Below, one piece after another: positions 37,027-46,879 of a stretch of 64,000 nucleotides of DNA; the stretch's first letter is position 1; each line of letters opens with the position of its first letter. A program made the position numbers and the translations under genes. Source of the DNA: Gemmatimonadota bacterium (GTDB lineage: Bacteria; Gemmatimonadota; Gemmatimonadetes; Longimicrobiales; RSA9); the NCBI GenBank assembly GCA_040905425.1, contig JBBDRO010000032.1:31726-95725 (forward strand), written 5' to 3'. The notes under the pieces are model-generated. The model was not told where the DNA came from and made no database searches. It saw only the letters and a list, made by a program, of their open reading frames with translations.

Positions 37027-38115
37027 ATGTTCAAGCGACGTCCAGCCGCCGTGTTCCTGGCGGCATCGATCCTCCTGGCCCTAGCCGCCTCGGCGCTCGC
37101 CCCTGCCGCTGCCGAGGCGCAGCGACCTCGGGAGCCCGTGGAGCGTAGTCTCCGCGACGTCCTGGGCGGCGTGCCCTACACCGCGGCGGACAGCATGGCC
37201 CAGCGCATCGTGGAGCGCCTGGACTTTGACAGCTACCGGGAAATCATCCGCGGCCTGGCCTCCTTCGGCGACCGCGAACAGGGCACCGAGCGCAATGCCC
37301 GCGCCGTCGACTGGATCGAGCAGCAGCTCCAGGGCTGGGGCTACGAGACCGAGCGGATCCACTACGAATTTCGGGGTGAACCGCGCGAGGAGGTCTACGC
37401 CACCAAGGTGGGCAGCACCACCCCCGGCGAAATGTACATCCTGGGCGCCCACATGGACGGGCGCGGCGGCGGCGAGGCAGTCAACGACGACGCGTCGGGT
37501 ACGGCGCTGGTCATGGAGATCGCGCGTGTTCTGGCCGGACCCGAGGTGCGGACCGACCGATCCATCCGCTTCGCACTGTGGAACAACGAGGAGACCGGGC
37601 TGAACGGCGCCCGGGCTTACGTGGAGCAGCGCGCGTCTATGCAGGGCGTCGAGGATCCCCCGGGCTCCGGCCGCTTTCCTGAGCCACGCTGGATCGGGAT
37701 GATCCAGCACGACATGATGATGTGGGACCACGGCAACCCGGTGCAGCACACGCAGGCCCTGAACGCCGACGTGGATATCGAGTTCCAGCTTGTATCCGAG
37801 AAGGCGGCGGAGTCGGCGGAACTGGCGCTCGAATTACTGAACGCCAACCGCAAGTTTGCCACGGACTATCCGGCGGCCATGAGCAACGCCATGCGGAGCA
37901 CCGATTCGGGCGCCTTCCAGGACCATGTGGCGTCCGTGAGCCTGCGTGAGAATCGCCGCGTCTACGAGACGGGCAATGCGGCCAACCCGCACTGGCATCA
38001 GCCCACGGATCTCCTGGTTACGTTCTCCGAGGCTGATTATCGTCTAGGTTTCAACGCCACCCAGACTACGCTGGGCGCCGTCTCCGTCCTGGCAGGGGCG
38101 CGCATCCAGCAGTAG
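37027..38115 (+). CDS. Secreted M28 family peptidase
   Basis: Signal peptide, GAHMD, NDDASG, NEETGL, WHQPTD. Confidence 0.85.
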   Translation: MFKRRPAAVFLAASILLALAASALAPAAAEAQRPREPVERSLRDVLGGVPYTAADSMAQRIVERLDFDSYREIIRGLASFGDREQGTERNARAVDWIEQQLQGWGYETERIHYEFRGEPREEVYATKVGSTTPGEMYILGAHMDGRGGGEAVNDDASGTALVMEIARVLAGPEVRTDRSIRFALWNNEETGLNGARAYVEQRASMQGVEDPPGSGRFPEPRWIGMIQHDMMMWDHGNPVQHTQALNADVDIEFQLVSEKAAESAELALELLNANRKFATDYPAAMSNAMRSTDSGAFQDHVASVSLRENRRVYETGNAANPHWHQPTDLLVTFSEADYRLGFNATQTTLGAVSVLAGARIQQ

Positions 38116-38193
38116 AGCGTAAGCGACGACGGCGGGTCCGTGCGCACGCGGGCCCGCCGTCATCCCGGCCTTTCCTGCTTCCGGAGCGGGACC

Positions 38194-39501
38194 ATGCAGG
38201 CGCGCGGCCCATCTCCTTCCTCGATCCGGACCCTCGCGGTGCCGGCATTTCTGCTGGGCGCGCTGCTTGCCAGTGCCTGCGGCGACCCCCCCGCCGACCG
38301 CCTGGCCGCCTACGTCAACGTCCGCGACAGCGCCGGCATCCAGATCGTGGAGAATGGCCCGCTGGCCAGCGTGGACACGCTGGGGATCATGGTGGACAGC
38401 GCCGCGCGGTTGCGCATCGGACTGGTGGACGGGGACGCGCCTTACGTGTTCAGCCGCATCGTGGGCGCCACGCGGCTCGCGGACGGGCGGGTGGCCGTTG
38501 CGGACCAGCGCGCCGCCGAGGTGCGTTTCTTCGATGGTGAGGGGCGGTTCCTTGCGGCGGTGGGGGGCGCCGGCCAGGGGCCAGGGGAATACACCCTCTT
38601 CTCGGCCATGCATCCGTTGCAGGCTGATTCGCTGTTGATCGTTGATCATGAAGGAAACCGCTGGCATTTTTCGGATGGCACCGGCACGCCTGTGCGGACA
38701 CTCCGTGCCGTCCGTCACTCCCCTGGCGAGGATCCTTCTCGATCCCCGTATCACGTGCGCGGCAGCTACACGGACGGCACGCTGCTGGTGTCCCGGTCTG
38801 TACCCGGCTGCACCGGGGAGCCATCATTGTTCTGCGCCGATTCCGTCCGGCTTCGCCGGGTCACACGCCGGGGGGAGGTACGCGCTGATTTCGGGGTCGT
38901 CCCGCGCTGGCGCCGCTACTTCGATCGGTCGGCGGTCAATGGCAGGAACACGATAACGCTGGCGGCCGTGTTCTACCCGCAGGTCAGCTGGGCCGTGGCC
39001 GGCATGCGCACCTATATCGGCGACGGCGAGCGCTTCGAGATCCGGGTGCACGGGCCCGAAGGTCGTCTCGAGCGTCTCATCCGCGTTGACGCGCCGCCTG
39101 AACGCTATCCCGCCGAAGGCCCCACCATGCCGTTGGCCGCAGACGCCACCGCCGAGCAGCGCCAGCAGCACGCGCGGATGCTCGGTGTGACGGAGCGTGC
39201 GCCGAAGCCCGACCACCTGCCGGTGTTCACCAGCCTCGTGACCGACGAGCTCGGCAACCTGTGGGTCCATCTCGTCGGGGGTCCGAACAGCGGACTGGGC
39301 ACCGGCATGCGTTGGGCGGTATTCGACTCAGAAGGCGAACTCCGCCATCTGGTGCGAACGCCTGTCCTCAGTACTCGCAGCCCGATGACCGGCCGCGGGG
39401 CACCCGAGATCGGCGCGGACTATCTTCTCACCGAGGCCACCGACTCCTTCAACGTGCCCGTGGTCGACGTCTATCCCCTCGGCCGACGCAACGGTGGCTG
39501 A
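38194..39501 (+). CDS. Beta-propeller-type lipoprotein, array copy 1
   Basis: Lipobox ASAC, VRDSAGIQIVEN, GQGPGEY, GNLWV. Confidence 0.8.
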   Translation: MQARGPSPSSIRTLAVPAFLLGALLASACGDPPADRLAAYVNVRDSAGIQIVENGPLASVDTLGIMVDSAARLRIGLVDGDAPYVFSRIVGATRLADGRVAVADQRAAEVRFFDGEGRFLAAVGGAGQGPGEYTLFSAMHPLQADSLLIVDHEGNRWHFSDGTGTPVRTLRAVRHSPGEDPSRSPYHVRGSYTDGTLLVSRSVPGCTGEPSLFCADSVRLRRVTRRGEVRADFGVVPRWRRYFDRSAVNGRNTITLAAVFYPQVSWAVAGMRTYIGDGERFEIRVHGPEGRLERLIRVDAPPERYPAEGPTMPLAADATAEQRQQHARMLGVTERAPKPDHLPVFTSLVTDELGNLWVHLVGGPNSGLGTGMRWAVFDSEGELRHLVRTPVLSTRSPMTGRGAPEIGADYLLTEATDSFNVPVVDVYPLGRRNGG

Positions 39502-40813
39502 TCTACGGCGCCGGCTCGCTGGGGTACGGTTGCGTGTCGGCTCACATGCTGCACTGTTACTGGTCGCGCAGCTTACCGCCGCCTGCGGCGACCCGCCCGC
39601 GGACCGACCGGCCGCCTACGTCAATGTCCGTGACAGCGCCGGCATCCAGATCGTGGAAAACGGCCCGCTGGCCAGCGTGGACACGCTGGGGATCATGGTG
39701 GACAGCGCCGCGCGCGTGCGCATCGGGCTGGTGGACGGGGACGCGCCTTACGTGTTCAGCCGCATCGTGGGCGCCACGCGGCTCGCGGACGGGCGGGTGG
39801 CCGTTGCGGACCAGCGCGCCGCCGAAGTGCGTTTCTTCGATGGTGAGGGGCGGTTCCTTTCGGCGGTGGGGGGGCGGGGCAGTGGCCCCGGGGAGTACAT
39901 CAATTTCTATCGCGCCTTCCGCATGCCTGGCGATTCTCTACTCATCGTGGATCACGAAGGGGGGCGCTGGCATTTTGTCGACACCCAGGGGATGGGGGCG
40001 CAGACACAGCGGCCGACCGGGTACACGTCGGCCCGGACGGGCTCTACGCAGCGGCACCGGGTCGAGACCACCTACGCGGACGGCGCCCTCCTGGTGCGGG
40101 AACCGCTTACCGACTGCTTGTCGCGGGCGATGGAAGCCGCTGGCGTATGCACCGATTCCCTCCGCCTGATGCGCATTTCACGGAACGGAGAGGTGCTCGC
40201 TGACTTCGGCGCCGTTGCGGGCCAGCAGGCCTACCGCGCGCGCATGGCGTCCGGTGTCTTCAGCGTTGTCCTGGAATTCTACGGGCAGGGCGCGTGGGCA
40301 GTGGCGGGGACGCGCACGTATATCGGAACGGGCGATGCGCTGGAACTCCGCCGCTTCGGTCCAACCGGCGCTCTGGAGCAGATCATCCGCGTGGACGAGG
40401 CCCCGGTGCCGACGTCAGCCGGCTTCGATCCTACCGAGGTGCCGGACTCAATGTTCGAGGATGAAGAAACGCGGGATAGGCATGCAGAGTGGCGCGCCAT
40501 GGCTCTGGAGGCGCCAAAACCCGCTGGTCACCCCATCTTCGAAGCATTGGTGGCTGATGCAACGGGTAGTATCTGGGTCCGCCTGACCCGCGCGACCGGA
40601 GCGGCACTGGGCCACGGCCTGCGTTGGGCTGTAATCGACTCCACGGGTACGCTCCGGCACGTGGTCCGAACGCCCCCGCTCATGCTGCCCGCATTCTTCC
40701 CGGCGGGCAGCGGGATCGAGATCGGCAAGGATTACCTGATGGCCCCCGGCATTGGAGACTACCAGGTGCCGGTGGTGGACCTCTATCCTCTCGTCCGACG
40801 AGACGATGGCTGA
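39494..40813 (+). CDS. Beta-propeller-type lipoprotein, array copy 2
   Basis: 8-nt overlap GTGGCTGA with copy 1; lipobox TAAC; same motifs. Confidence 0.8.
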   Translation: MADLRRRLAGVRLRVGSHAALLLVAQLTAACGDPPADRPAAYVNVRDSAGIQIVENGPLASVDTLGIMVDSAARVRIGLVDGDAPYVFSRIVGATRLADGRVAVADQRAAEVRFFDGEGRFLSAVGGRGSGPGEYINFYRAFRMPGDSLLIVDHEGGRWHFVDTQGMGAQTQRPTGYTSARTGSTQRHRVETTYADGALLVREPLTDCLSRAMEAAGVCTDSLRLMRISRNGEVLADFGAVAGQQAYRARMASGVFSVVLEFYGQGAWAVAGTRTYIGTGDALELRRFGPTGALEQIIRVDEAPVPTSAGFDPTEVPDSMFEDEETRDRHAEWRAMALEAPKPAGHPIFEALVADATGSIWVRLTRATGAALGHGLRWAVIDSTGTLRHVVRTPPLMLPAFFPAGSGIEIGKDYLMAPGIGDYQVPVVDLYPLVRRDDG

Positions 40814-42113
40814 GGCCCGGAGGCGGCTACCATGCCGGAGGACGCGACCGGGCGCACAGGCCGGGCCTGTACTGCTTGTCCTGCTGGCCGCCGCGTGCGG
40901 CCAGCAGGCCGCCGACCCCCTGGCCGCCTACGTCAACGTCCGTGACAGCGCCGGCATCCAGATCGTGGAGAACGGCCCGCTGGCCAGTGTGGACACGCTG
41001 GGGATCGTGGTGGACAGCGCCGGGCGCATGCGCATCGGACTGGTGGATGGGGACGCGCCGTACCTCTTCGAGCGGATCGTGGCGGCCACCCGGCTCAGCG
41101 ATGGACGCATTGCCATTGGTGAATCCGGCAGCGCCGAGATCCGCTTTTTTGATGATGAGGGCCGTTTCCTGTCGGCGGAGGGCGGCAAGGGCGGCGGTCC
41201 GGGTGAGTACGTCAACTTCTACAACTTTCATCCGTTGCGGGCCGATTCCTTGCTGATCGTGGATTATGAGGGTCTGCGCTGGCACTTCGCCGGCAGCGAC
41301 GGCGTGCCGGGGTGGCGGCGGGAGGCGCCGCGCTACCCGCCCACGCGGGGCACCTACTCTCCAAGCTACCGCCTGCGGGACACCTATGCCGATGGCACCC
41401 TGCTGGTGTCCCGCGGGGTGCCCTCCGGCTGCCCGCCCTACCAGCCCGATCTGAGCGTCCTCTGCACCGATTCCATCCGGCTCCTGCGCATGGACCGCGC
41501 GGGCGAGGTGCTGGCGGATTTTGGTGTTAGCGCCTCCACCACGGTGTATTCCTGGCGCGCGGCCGGCGGTCCAAGCATTAGCCTGACCAATCTGTACGGG
41601 GACGGCCGTTCCCTGGTGGCCGGGATGCAGACGTACATTGCCCACGGGAGCGTGCTGGAGCTGCGTCGCTTTGATCCCGATGGACGCCTCGTGCGGATCG
41701 TACGCATTGCGGAGCCGGCTCATCCGATGCCCGAGTCATGGCCGATGCCGCCCGTCACGGATGAGGAGAGTCGGATCCTCGCGGCGCGCTTGCAGGAGGC
41801 CTTCGAGGCTGCGCCCAAGCCGCCCCATTTCCCGATGTTCACGGACATCGTGACGGAGCGCGTTTCCGGTAGCCTGTGGATCCGCCTGGCTGCACCGCCC
41901 GGGCAGGAGGCGCGGGCAGGACTGCGTTGGGCCGTGGTGGACTCCGCCGGCGTCCTGCGGCACGTGATCCGTACACCCAATCTTGCGGGGCCGTCACCCT
42001 TCAGCCTGGTGCCCACGATAGAGATCGGCCAGGACCACCTCCTGAACATCGCTCGCGACTCGTTCCAGGTGCCGGTGGTGGACCTCTACCCCATCGTGCG
42101 CCGGGAACCGTAG
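40806..42113 (+). CDS. Beta-propeller-type lipoprotein, array copy 3
   Basis: 8-nt overlap ATGGCTGA with copy 2; lipobox AAAC; same motifs. Confidence 0.8.
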   Translation: MAEARRRLPCRRTRPGAQAGPVLLVLLAAACGQQAADPLAAYVNVRDSAGIQIVENGPLASVDTLGIVVDSAGRMRIGLVDGDAPYLFERIVAATRLSDGRIAIGESGSAEIRFFDDEGRFLSAEGGKGGGPGEYVNFYNFHPLRADSLLIVDYEGLRWHFAGSDGVPGWRREAPRYPPTRGTYSPSYRLRDTYADGTLLVSRGVPSGCPPYQPDLSVLCTDSIRLLRMDRAGEVLADFGVSASTTVYSWRAAGGPSISLTNLYGDGRSLVAGMQTYIAHGSVLELRRFDPDGRLVRIVRIAEPAHPMPESWPMPPVTDEESRILAARLQEAFEAAPKPPHFPMFTDIVTERVSGSLWIRLAAPPGQEARAGLRWAVVDSAGVLRHVIRTPNLAGPSPFSLVPTIEIGQDHLLNIARDSFQVPVVDLYPIVRREP

Positions 42114-42159
42114 ATGGCTCAACCCGGTTCGTGAAGCATACACCGTTACTGGAGACCCG

Positions 42160-42771
42160 ATGATCAAACGCTTTCTGGGACTGTCCGCGGCTCTGGCCAT
42201 GCTCACCATTGCGCCCGCTACGGCCCAGGAGGTCCCGCCGCTCGGCCCCAAGGACGGCACCGACCTGCCACCTACCGATCTGGAGCGTGTGACGGTGGGC
42301 ATGGCCGCGCCCGACTTCACCCTGCAGCGCCACGGCGGCGGCACGGTGACGCTCTCCCAGTTCCGCGGTGCCAAGCGTGTGATCCTGGTCTTCTACCGCG
42401 GACACTGGTGACCGTACTGCCAACGGCAGCTAGGTGAGCTGCGTGACCTCCTGGACGATGAGCTCCGGGCGAACACGGAACTGCTGGTCGTCTCCGTGGA
42501 CGGCGAGCGGGAGACGGCCATCAGCGTGGCACGGATCGCGGCGGCCGGCACGCAGCCGGACTTCTCGTTCCTCTACGATCCGGACCACAAAGTCATCGAT
42601 CGCTACGGCCTGCTGAATCCGGCGGGCAGCCGGCAGGGGATTCCGCATCCGGCCACGTACGTGATCGACGAGGAGGGGGTCGTGCGCTGGCGCTTCGTGG
42701 AGACGGACTACACGGTGCGGGCGTCGAACGAGGCCATCCTGGCCGCGCTACGCGGCCTGGGCGGGGGCTGA
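42160..42771 (+). CDS. Exported AhpC/TSA (peroxiredoxin-like) selenoprotein, 203 aa, Sec at TGA 42409-42411
   Basis: Signal peptide; APDFTL...LVFYRGHW-TGA-PYC forms UxxC; the frame continues to PHPATYVIDEEGVVRW; SECIS-like hairpin downstream. Confidence 0.88.
42426..42442 (+). promoter_or_regulatory. Bacterial SECIS-like hairpin
   Basis: GCAGCT-AGGTG-AGCTGC, loop starts about 20 nt after the UGA and contains GGU; uses CTA GGT codons that are rare in this window. Confidence 0.7.
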
Positions 42772-42851
42772 CGAGCCGCACCGGTCGTCGCCCCCGCCCC
42801 GGGGGATATGGCTCGACCCGGCCGGCCCCTCGGGAGCGGGGGGCACCCTGA

Positions 42852-43604
42852 TCAGCCGCCTTCCAGCATCTCCCCGGTATCCTCCCACCGCCAGGTGGCC
42901 AGGATGGTGGCCATGCGCGGGCCCATGCCGTCGCCGTACTCGGGCGGGTAGCGGTAGAGCACGTGGAAGAACCGGTCCCCGTGGCGGCCCAGGCCGAGGG
43001 CGCCCACGAAGCGCGGCTGGCCGGTGGGCGGCATCTGGAAGGCGCGCTCGAGCAGCGCCCAGGAGAAGCGGTCGGTGCGGGACGTGCCGGCGTCGGCCAC
43101 ATCCTCCTCCTGGCTGCCCTGGCTCACGGGCACCTGCAGGCCGGTGAGGATGCCCCGCACCATGGTGCGCGCCTCTTCCTCGGTGGTGCCCGGGGGATGC
43201 GCGTAGATGTGCAGGAAGGCGGCGCTGTCCGCTACGCCGGTGAAGTTGGCGGCCACCCGCACGGCGGCGCCTCCGTCGGCGGCGAAGCGCTCGGGGGTGA
43301 GCCCCTCGGGCACGTAGAAGCTCAGGGGCAGGCCGGCGGAATCCTCCCAGGTGAAGAGCCGCAGCGTGATGGGCTCGGGCATGCCTTCCACCGCCAGCGT
43401 GTCCACCATGGTGGCCGGCCGCTCGGGCAGCTCGGCGGCCCCGGTCGTCGCCGCCTCCTCGTCCGCGCCCGGCTGGCAGCCGATGGCGAACAGGCCGGCC
43501 AGCAGCAGGCCGGCGCGGCGGCTGAAAGCGCGGCCGAACCGGCTGCCGAAGCGGCGCATCGGACCGCGCATCGGGTGGCGCGGGGCGGGGCGAAGATAGC
43601 GCAT
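42852..43604 (-). CDS. Hypothetical lipoprotein (start uncertain)
   Basis: Lipobox AIGC; globular C-terminus. Confidence 0.7.
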   Translation of the reverse strand: MRYLRPAPRHPMRGPMRRFGSRFGRAFSRRAGLLLAGLFAIGCQPGADEEAATTGAAELPERPATMVDTLAVEGMPEPITLRLFTWEDSAGLPLSFYVPEGLTPERFAADGGAAVRVAANFTGVADSAAFLHIYAHPPGTTEEEARTMVRGILTGLQVPVSQGSQEEDVADAGTSRTDRFSWALLERAFQMPPTGQPRFVGALGLGRHGDRFFHVLYRYPPEYGDGMGPRMATILATWRWEDTGEMLEGG

Positions 43605-43715
43605 GAGACCTCGGAGCTAGGGGGCACGCGTGGCGCGGCGCGCAGCATGGAAGAAACGCGCCGGCACGGCCGATGCTTCGCTTGGACGGCAGCGAAACCC
43701 CAGCCAGGAGGAGTC

Positions 43716-44012
43716 ATGCCCAGAACCATCGAAGCGGACGGCGACCGGTGGGAGGTGCGGGCGGAGATGACGGACGCGCGGCCGGACGCGCACGCCTTGG
43801 TCTTCCATTGCGTCAGCAATCGCCAGCGCCCCTACCAGGTGGCGGAGGTGCCGGCCGCGGATTGGGACGGGCGGGACGTGGACGGGTTCGAGGAGGAGGA
43901 CCTGCGCCGCCTCTTCGCGGGCTCGCAACCGCTCGACTATACGCACGACGCGGACGCCGATGACCCGGACTGGCCGGGCCTGCGCGCGGACCCGGGCGCC
44001 GAAAGGGAGTGA
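43716..44012 (+). CDS. Small acidic hypothetical protein
   Basis: AGGAGGAG RBS before ATG 43716. Confidence 0.7.
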   Translation: MPRTIEADGDRWEVRAEMTDARPDAHALVFHCVSNRQRPYQVAEVPAADWDGRDVDGFEEEDLRRLFAGSQPLDYTHDADADDPDWPGLRADPGAERE

Positions 44013-44206
44013 GCGGCCGATCGCGAGCGGCGTGAGCCGGCATCACCGTGGCAGGGTGCCATGGCCAGGGAGGCCCCGCGCACGCGCAGACGAGCGAAGT
44101 GCAGGGCGGGCGCGTCGCGCACATGATCCGGCGGCCCCGCGCATGCGCAAGCGGGCGGGGCCCAGGAACGATGATGGGTGCCGCGGAAGGTGACGCCCCT
44201 CGTCGC

Positions 44207-44761
44207 TTACCCGATCTCGACGAGTCCTTCGTACATGGGGTTGGTCACGATGTCCCCGTCCTCGTTGACCACCACGCGGTCCCACGGGAAGATGGCGGTG
44301 GCGTCCGTCTCCAGGGCGTAGAAGTCGGGGCGGTGGCCGCCCACCTTCACCAGGCTCGTGGCCGTGCGGATCTCCTCGGGACCGACCTGGCGGAGGGCGT
44401 TGGTGGCCATGCGCAGCGTCTCACCCGAGGTGCATACCTCGTCCACGATGAGCACGCGGCGGCCCCGCGCCTCCTTGGGCGCGGCGGAGAGGATGCGCGG
44501 CCGTGCTGCGGGGGTCATGCCTTCCACGTCCCGGCTGATCTTGAGCGAGAAGAAGTCCTTGCGGAGGATCGAGGCCACCACCGCGCCGGGGATCACGCCG
44601 GCCTTGGCAATGCCCACGATGATCTCGGGCTGCCAGCCGCTGCGCGCTACCTTGAGCGCCAGGCCGCGACAGAGCTCGCCGAAGAATTCCCAGCCCATAT
44701 CCAGCACGCCGTTGTCGGGCGTGCCACCTGCGCGGTTGTCGGCCAGACCAGGGGCGAGCAT
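44207..44761 (-). CDS. Type I phosphoribosyltransferase (purine PRT-like)
   Basis: VGIAKAG, PRPP motif VLIVDEVCTSGET, IFPWD. Confidence 0.85.
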   Translation of the reverse strand: MLAPGLADNRAGGTPDNGVLDMGWEFFGELCRGLALKVARSGWQPEIIVGIAKAGVIPGAVVASILRKDFFSLKISRDVEGMTPAARPRILSAAPKEARGRRVLIVDEVCTSGETLRMATNALRQVGPEEIRTATSLVKVGGHRPDFYALETDATAIFPWDRVVVNEDGDIVTNPMYEGLVEIG

Positions 44762-44863
44762 GACGTCCTCCGGGGTGTGTGAGGTGCGGGCCGCAACATA
44801 GCGGCGGGCGGTTGGCGGGGAAACCGGTTGACCCCCCGCCTCCGCTCCCGCATCCTCCAGGCC

Positions 44864-45307
44864 ATGACGAACGACGAGCAGCGCGCGCGCGCTGACGAGA
44901 AGCTCGAGGCCGCACTGGCGGCGCGCTCCCTGGCCGACCCGCGGCCCTGGCTGCGCGACCGCCTCCGCCTGCTCCGGGAGCGGACTCCGCAGGCCTTCGA
45001 GGCGGCGCTGGCGCACTACCAGGGTGAGCTCCTGCCGGCGGTGGCGGGTGGCGCCGACCCGGTGGCGGCGTGGATCGGTTACGGCCGCGCGCTGGGCGAG
45101 TGGACCGCGCCGGGCCGCACGGTGGCGGTGGATCCCTCGGGCCGGGCCCGTGCCTGGGAGGCGCCCCACAGCGACGACCTGCTGGTGCTCCACCTGCCCG
45201 AGGCGGCGGAGGCGCCGGCGCTGTGCATCCTTGGGCCCGCGCGCCCCACGCCGGCGCAGCGGGCGGCGCTGGAGCTGCTGGTGCTGGGGCGGGAGGCACC
45301 GGGATGA
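44864..45307 (+). CDS. Hypothetical protein
   Basis: ORF with host-like codons filling the gap before rho. Confidence 0.65.
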   Translation: MTNDEQRARADEKLEAALAARSLADPRPWLRDRLRLLRERTPQAFEAALAHYQGELLPAVAGGADPVAAWIGYGRALGEWTAPGRTVAVDPSGRARAWEAPHSDDLLVLHLPEAAEAPALCILGPARPTPAQRAALELLVLGREAPG

Positions 45308-45378
45308 GGGGATGGGGCCGGTACCGCCGGAGCGGGCAGCACTGAGGCCGCCGCCCGGCAGCCGGCCTCCAAAGCACA

Positions 45379-45412
45379 CGAGCGCGGAGCCTCCGAGGAA
45401 GCTCCGCGCTCG
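45379..45412. terminator. Hairpin between convergent genes, likely the rho terminator
   Basis: 12-bp stem CGAGCGCGGAGC/GCTCCGCGCTCG; TGTGCTTT follows on the minus strand. Confidence 0.55.
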
Positions 45413-45438
45413 CGCAATGGGGGAGGCGTGTCCCTTCG

Positions 45439-46689
45439 TCAGCCGCGCGCCATGCTGTCCAGGAACTCCTTGTTGGTCTTCGTCCGCTTCATGCGGTCCA
45501 GCAGGAACTCCAGCGCCTCCGCCGGCGGCATGTCCGCCAGGAAGTTGCGCAGCAGGTAGACCCGGTTGAGCTCCACCTCGTCGAGCAGCAGCTCTTCCTT
45601 GCGCGTGCCGGAACGGTTGATGTCCACGGCCGGGAAGATGCGCTTGTCGGAGATGTGGCGATCCAGCACCACTTCCATGTTGCCGGTGCCCTTGAACTCC
45701 TCGAAGATCACCTCATCCATGCGCGAGCCCGTCTCGATCAGCGCGGTGGCGATGATGGTCAGCGAGCCGCCCTGGTCGATGTTGCGGGCGGCGCCGAAGA
45801 AGCGCTTGGGCTTGTGCAGCGCGTTGGCGTCCACACCGCCCGAGAGGATCTTCCCGGAGTGGGGGACGGTGACGTTGTAGGCGCGGGCCAGACGGGTGAT
45901 GGAGTCCAGCAGGATCACCACGTCCTTGCCGTGCTCCACCAGGCGCTTGGCCTTCTCGATGACCATCTCCGCCACCTGCGTGTGGCGGTCGGCGGGCTCG
46001 TCGAAGGTGGAGGAGATGACCTCCGCCGGGACGTGCTCCTCCATGTCCGTGACCTCCTCGGGCCGCTCGTCGATGAGCAGCACGATGAGGTGCACGTCCG
46101 GATGGTTCTCGATGATGGCGTTGGCCATCTTCTGCATGAGCATCGTCTTACCGGCCTTCGGCGGCGAGACGATGAGCCCGCGCTGTCCCTTCCCGATCGG
46201 CACCACCAGGTCCATGAGACGCATGGAGATGTCTTCGTTTTCGGTCTCCAGGTGGAGCCGACTCTCGGGGTAGCGCGGGCGCAGATTGTCGAAGGCGATC
46301 CGGTGCTTGGCGCGGTCCGGGTCGTCCATGTTGACGGCTTCCACCTTGAGCAGCGCCAGGTACCGCTCGCCCTCCTTGGGTGGACGCACCTGCCCCATGA
46401 CGGTATCACCGGTGCGCAGGTCGAACCGCTTTATCTGGGACGGGGAGACGTAGATGTCATCAGGGCCGTAGAGGTAGTTCCAGTCCTGCGAACGGAGGAA
46501 GCCGTAGCCCTCCGGCAGGATCTCGAGCACACCCTCACCTCGCAGGACCACGTCGCTGTCCAGGAGGTTCTGTTCGATACGGAAGATCAGGTCCTGCTTA
46601 CGCAGGCCTGAATAATTCGAGATGTTGAGCTCCTCCGCCATGTCATGCAGTTCGGCGATGGACTTGCTCTTGAGCTCCGCGATGTCCAC
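45439..46689 (-). CDS. rho: Transcription termination factor Rho
   Basis: [53 protein letters not shown]. Confidence 0.98.
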   Translation of the reverse strand: MDIAELKSKSIAELHDMAEELNISNYSGLRKQDLIFRIEQNLLDSDVVLRGEGVLEILPEGYGFLRSQDWNYLYGPDDIYVSPSQIKRFDLRTGDTVMGQVRPPKEGERYLALLKVEAVNMDDPDRAKHRIAFDNLRPRYPESRLHLETENEDISMRLMDLVVPIGKGQRGLIVSPPKAGKTMLMQKMANAIIENHPDVHLIVLLIDERPEEVTDMEEHVPAEVISSTFDEPADRHTQVAEMVIEKAKRLVEHGKDVVILLDSITRLARAYNVTVPHSGKILSGGVDANALHKPKRFFGAARNIDQGGSLTIIATALIETGSRMDEVIFEEFKGTGNMEVVLDRHISDKRIFPAVDINRSGTRKEELLLDEVELNRVYLLRNFLADMPPAEALEFLLDRMKRTKTNKEFLDSMARG

Positions 46690-46850
46690 GGGTCAGTTGC
46701 TCCGGGAATGCGTACGTATGAGGGAACCGGTGGGCTTCACCGTCGCGCTGGGTTCGTTTGAGGAAAGCGTCGTATTGAACCTGGGTCGGGCCGGCACCGG
46801 AACGGCACCGGTGGACGGGGAGGCAGTCCGGATCTGTTGGCGATTACTGT

Positions 46851-46879
46851 AGTCTACGGTGTGGGCGGGGTCCGGTCAA
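46851..46879 (-). promoter_or_regulatory. rho promoter TTGACC-N17-TAGACT
   Basis: Near-consensus sigma70 hexamers at 46879-46874 and 46856-46851. Confidence 0.75.

Noticed and set aside
38194..42113. Diversity-generating retroelement or CRISPR-like array
   Set aside because: No reverse transcriptase, no adenine-specific TR/VR pair and no short repeat-spacer periodicity; the repeats are coding paralog segments.
42160..42771. Two separate small ORFs or a nonsense pseudogene
   Set aside because: The TGA falls at the catalytic Cys position with a SECIS-like hairpin and an intact downstream frame, so Sec readthrough fits better.
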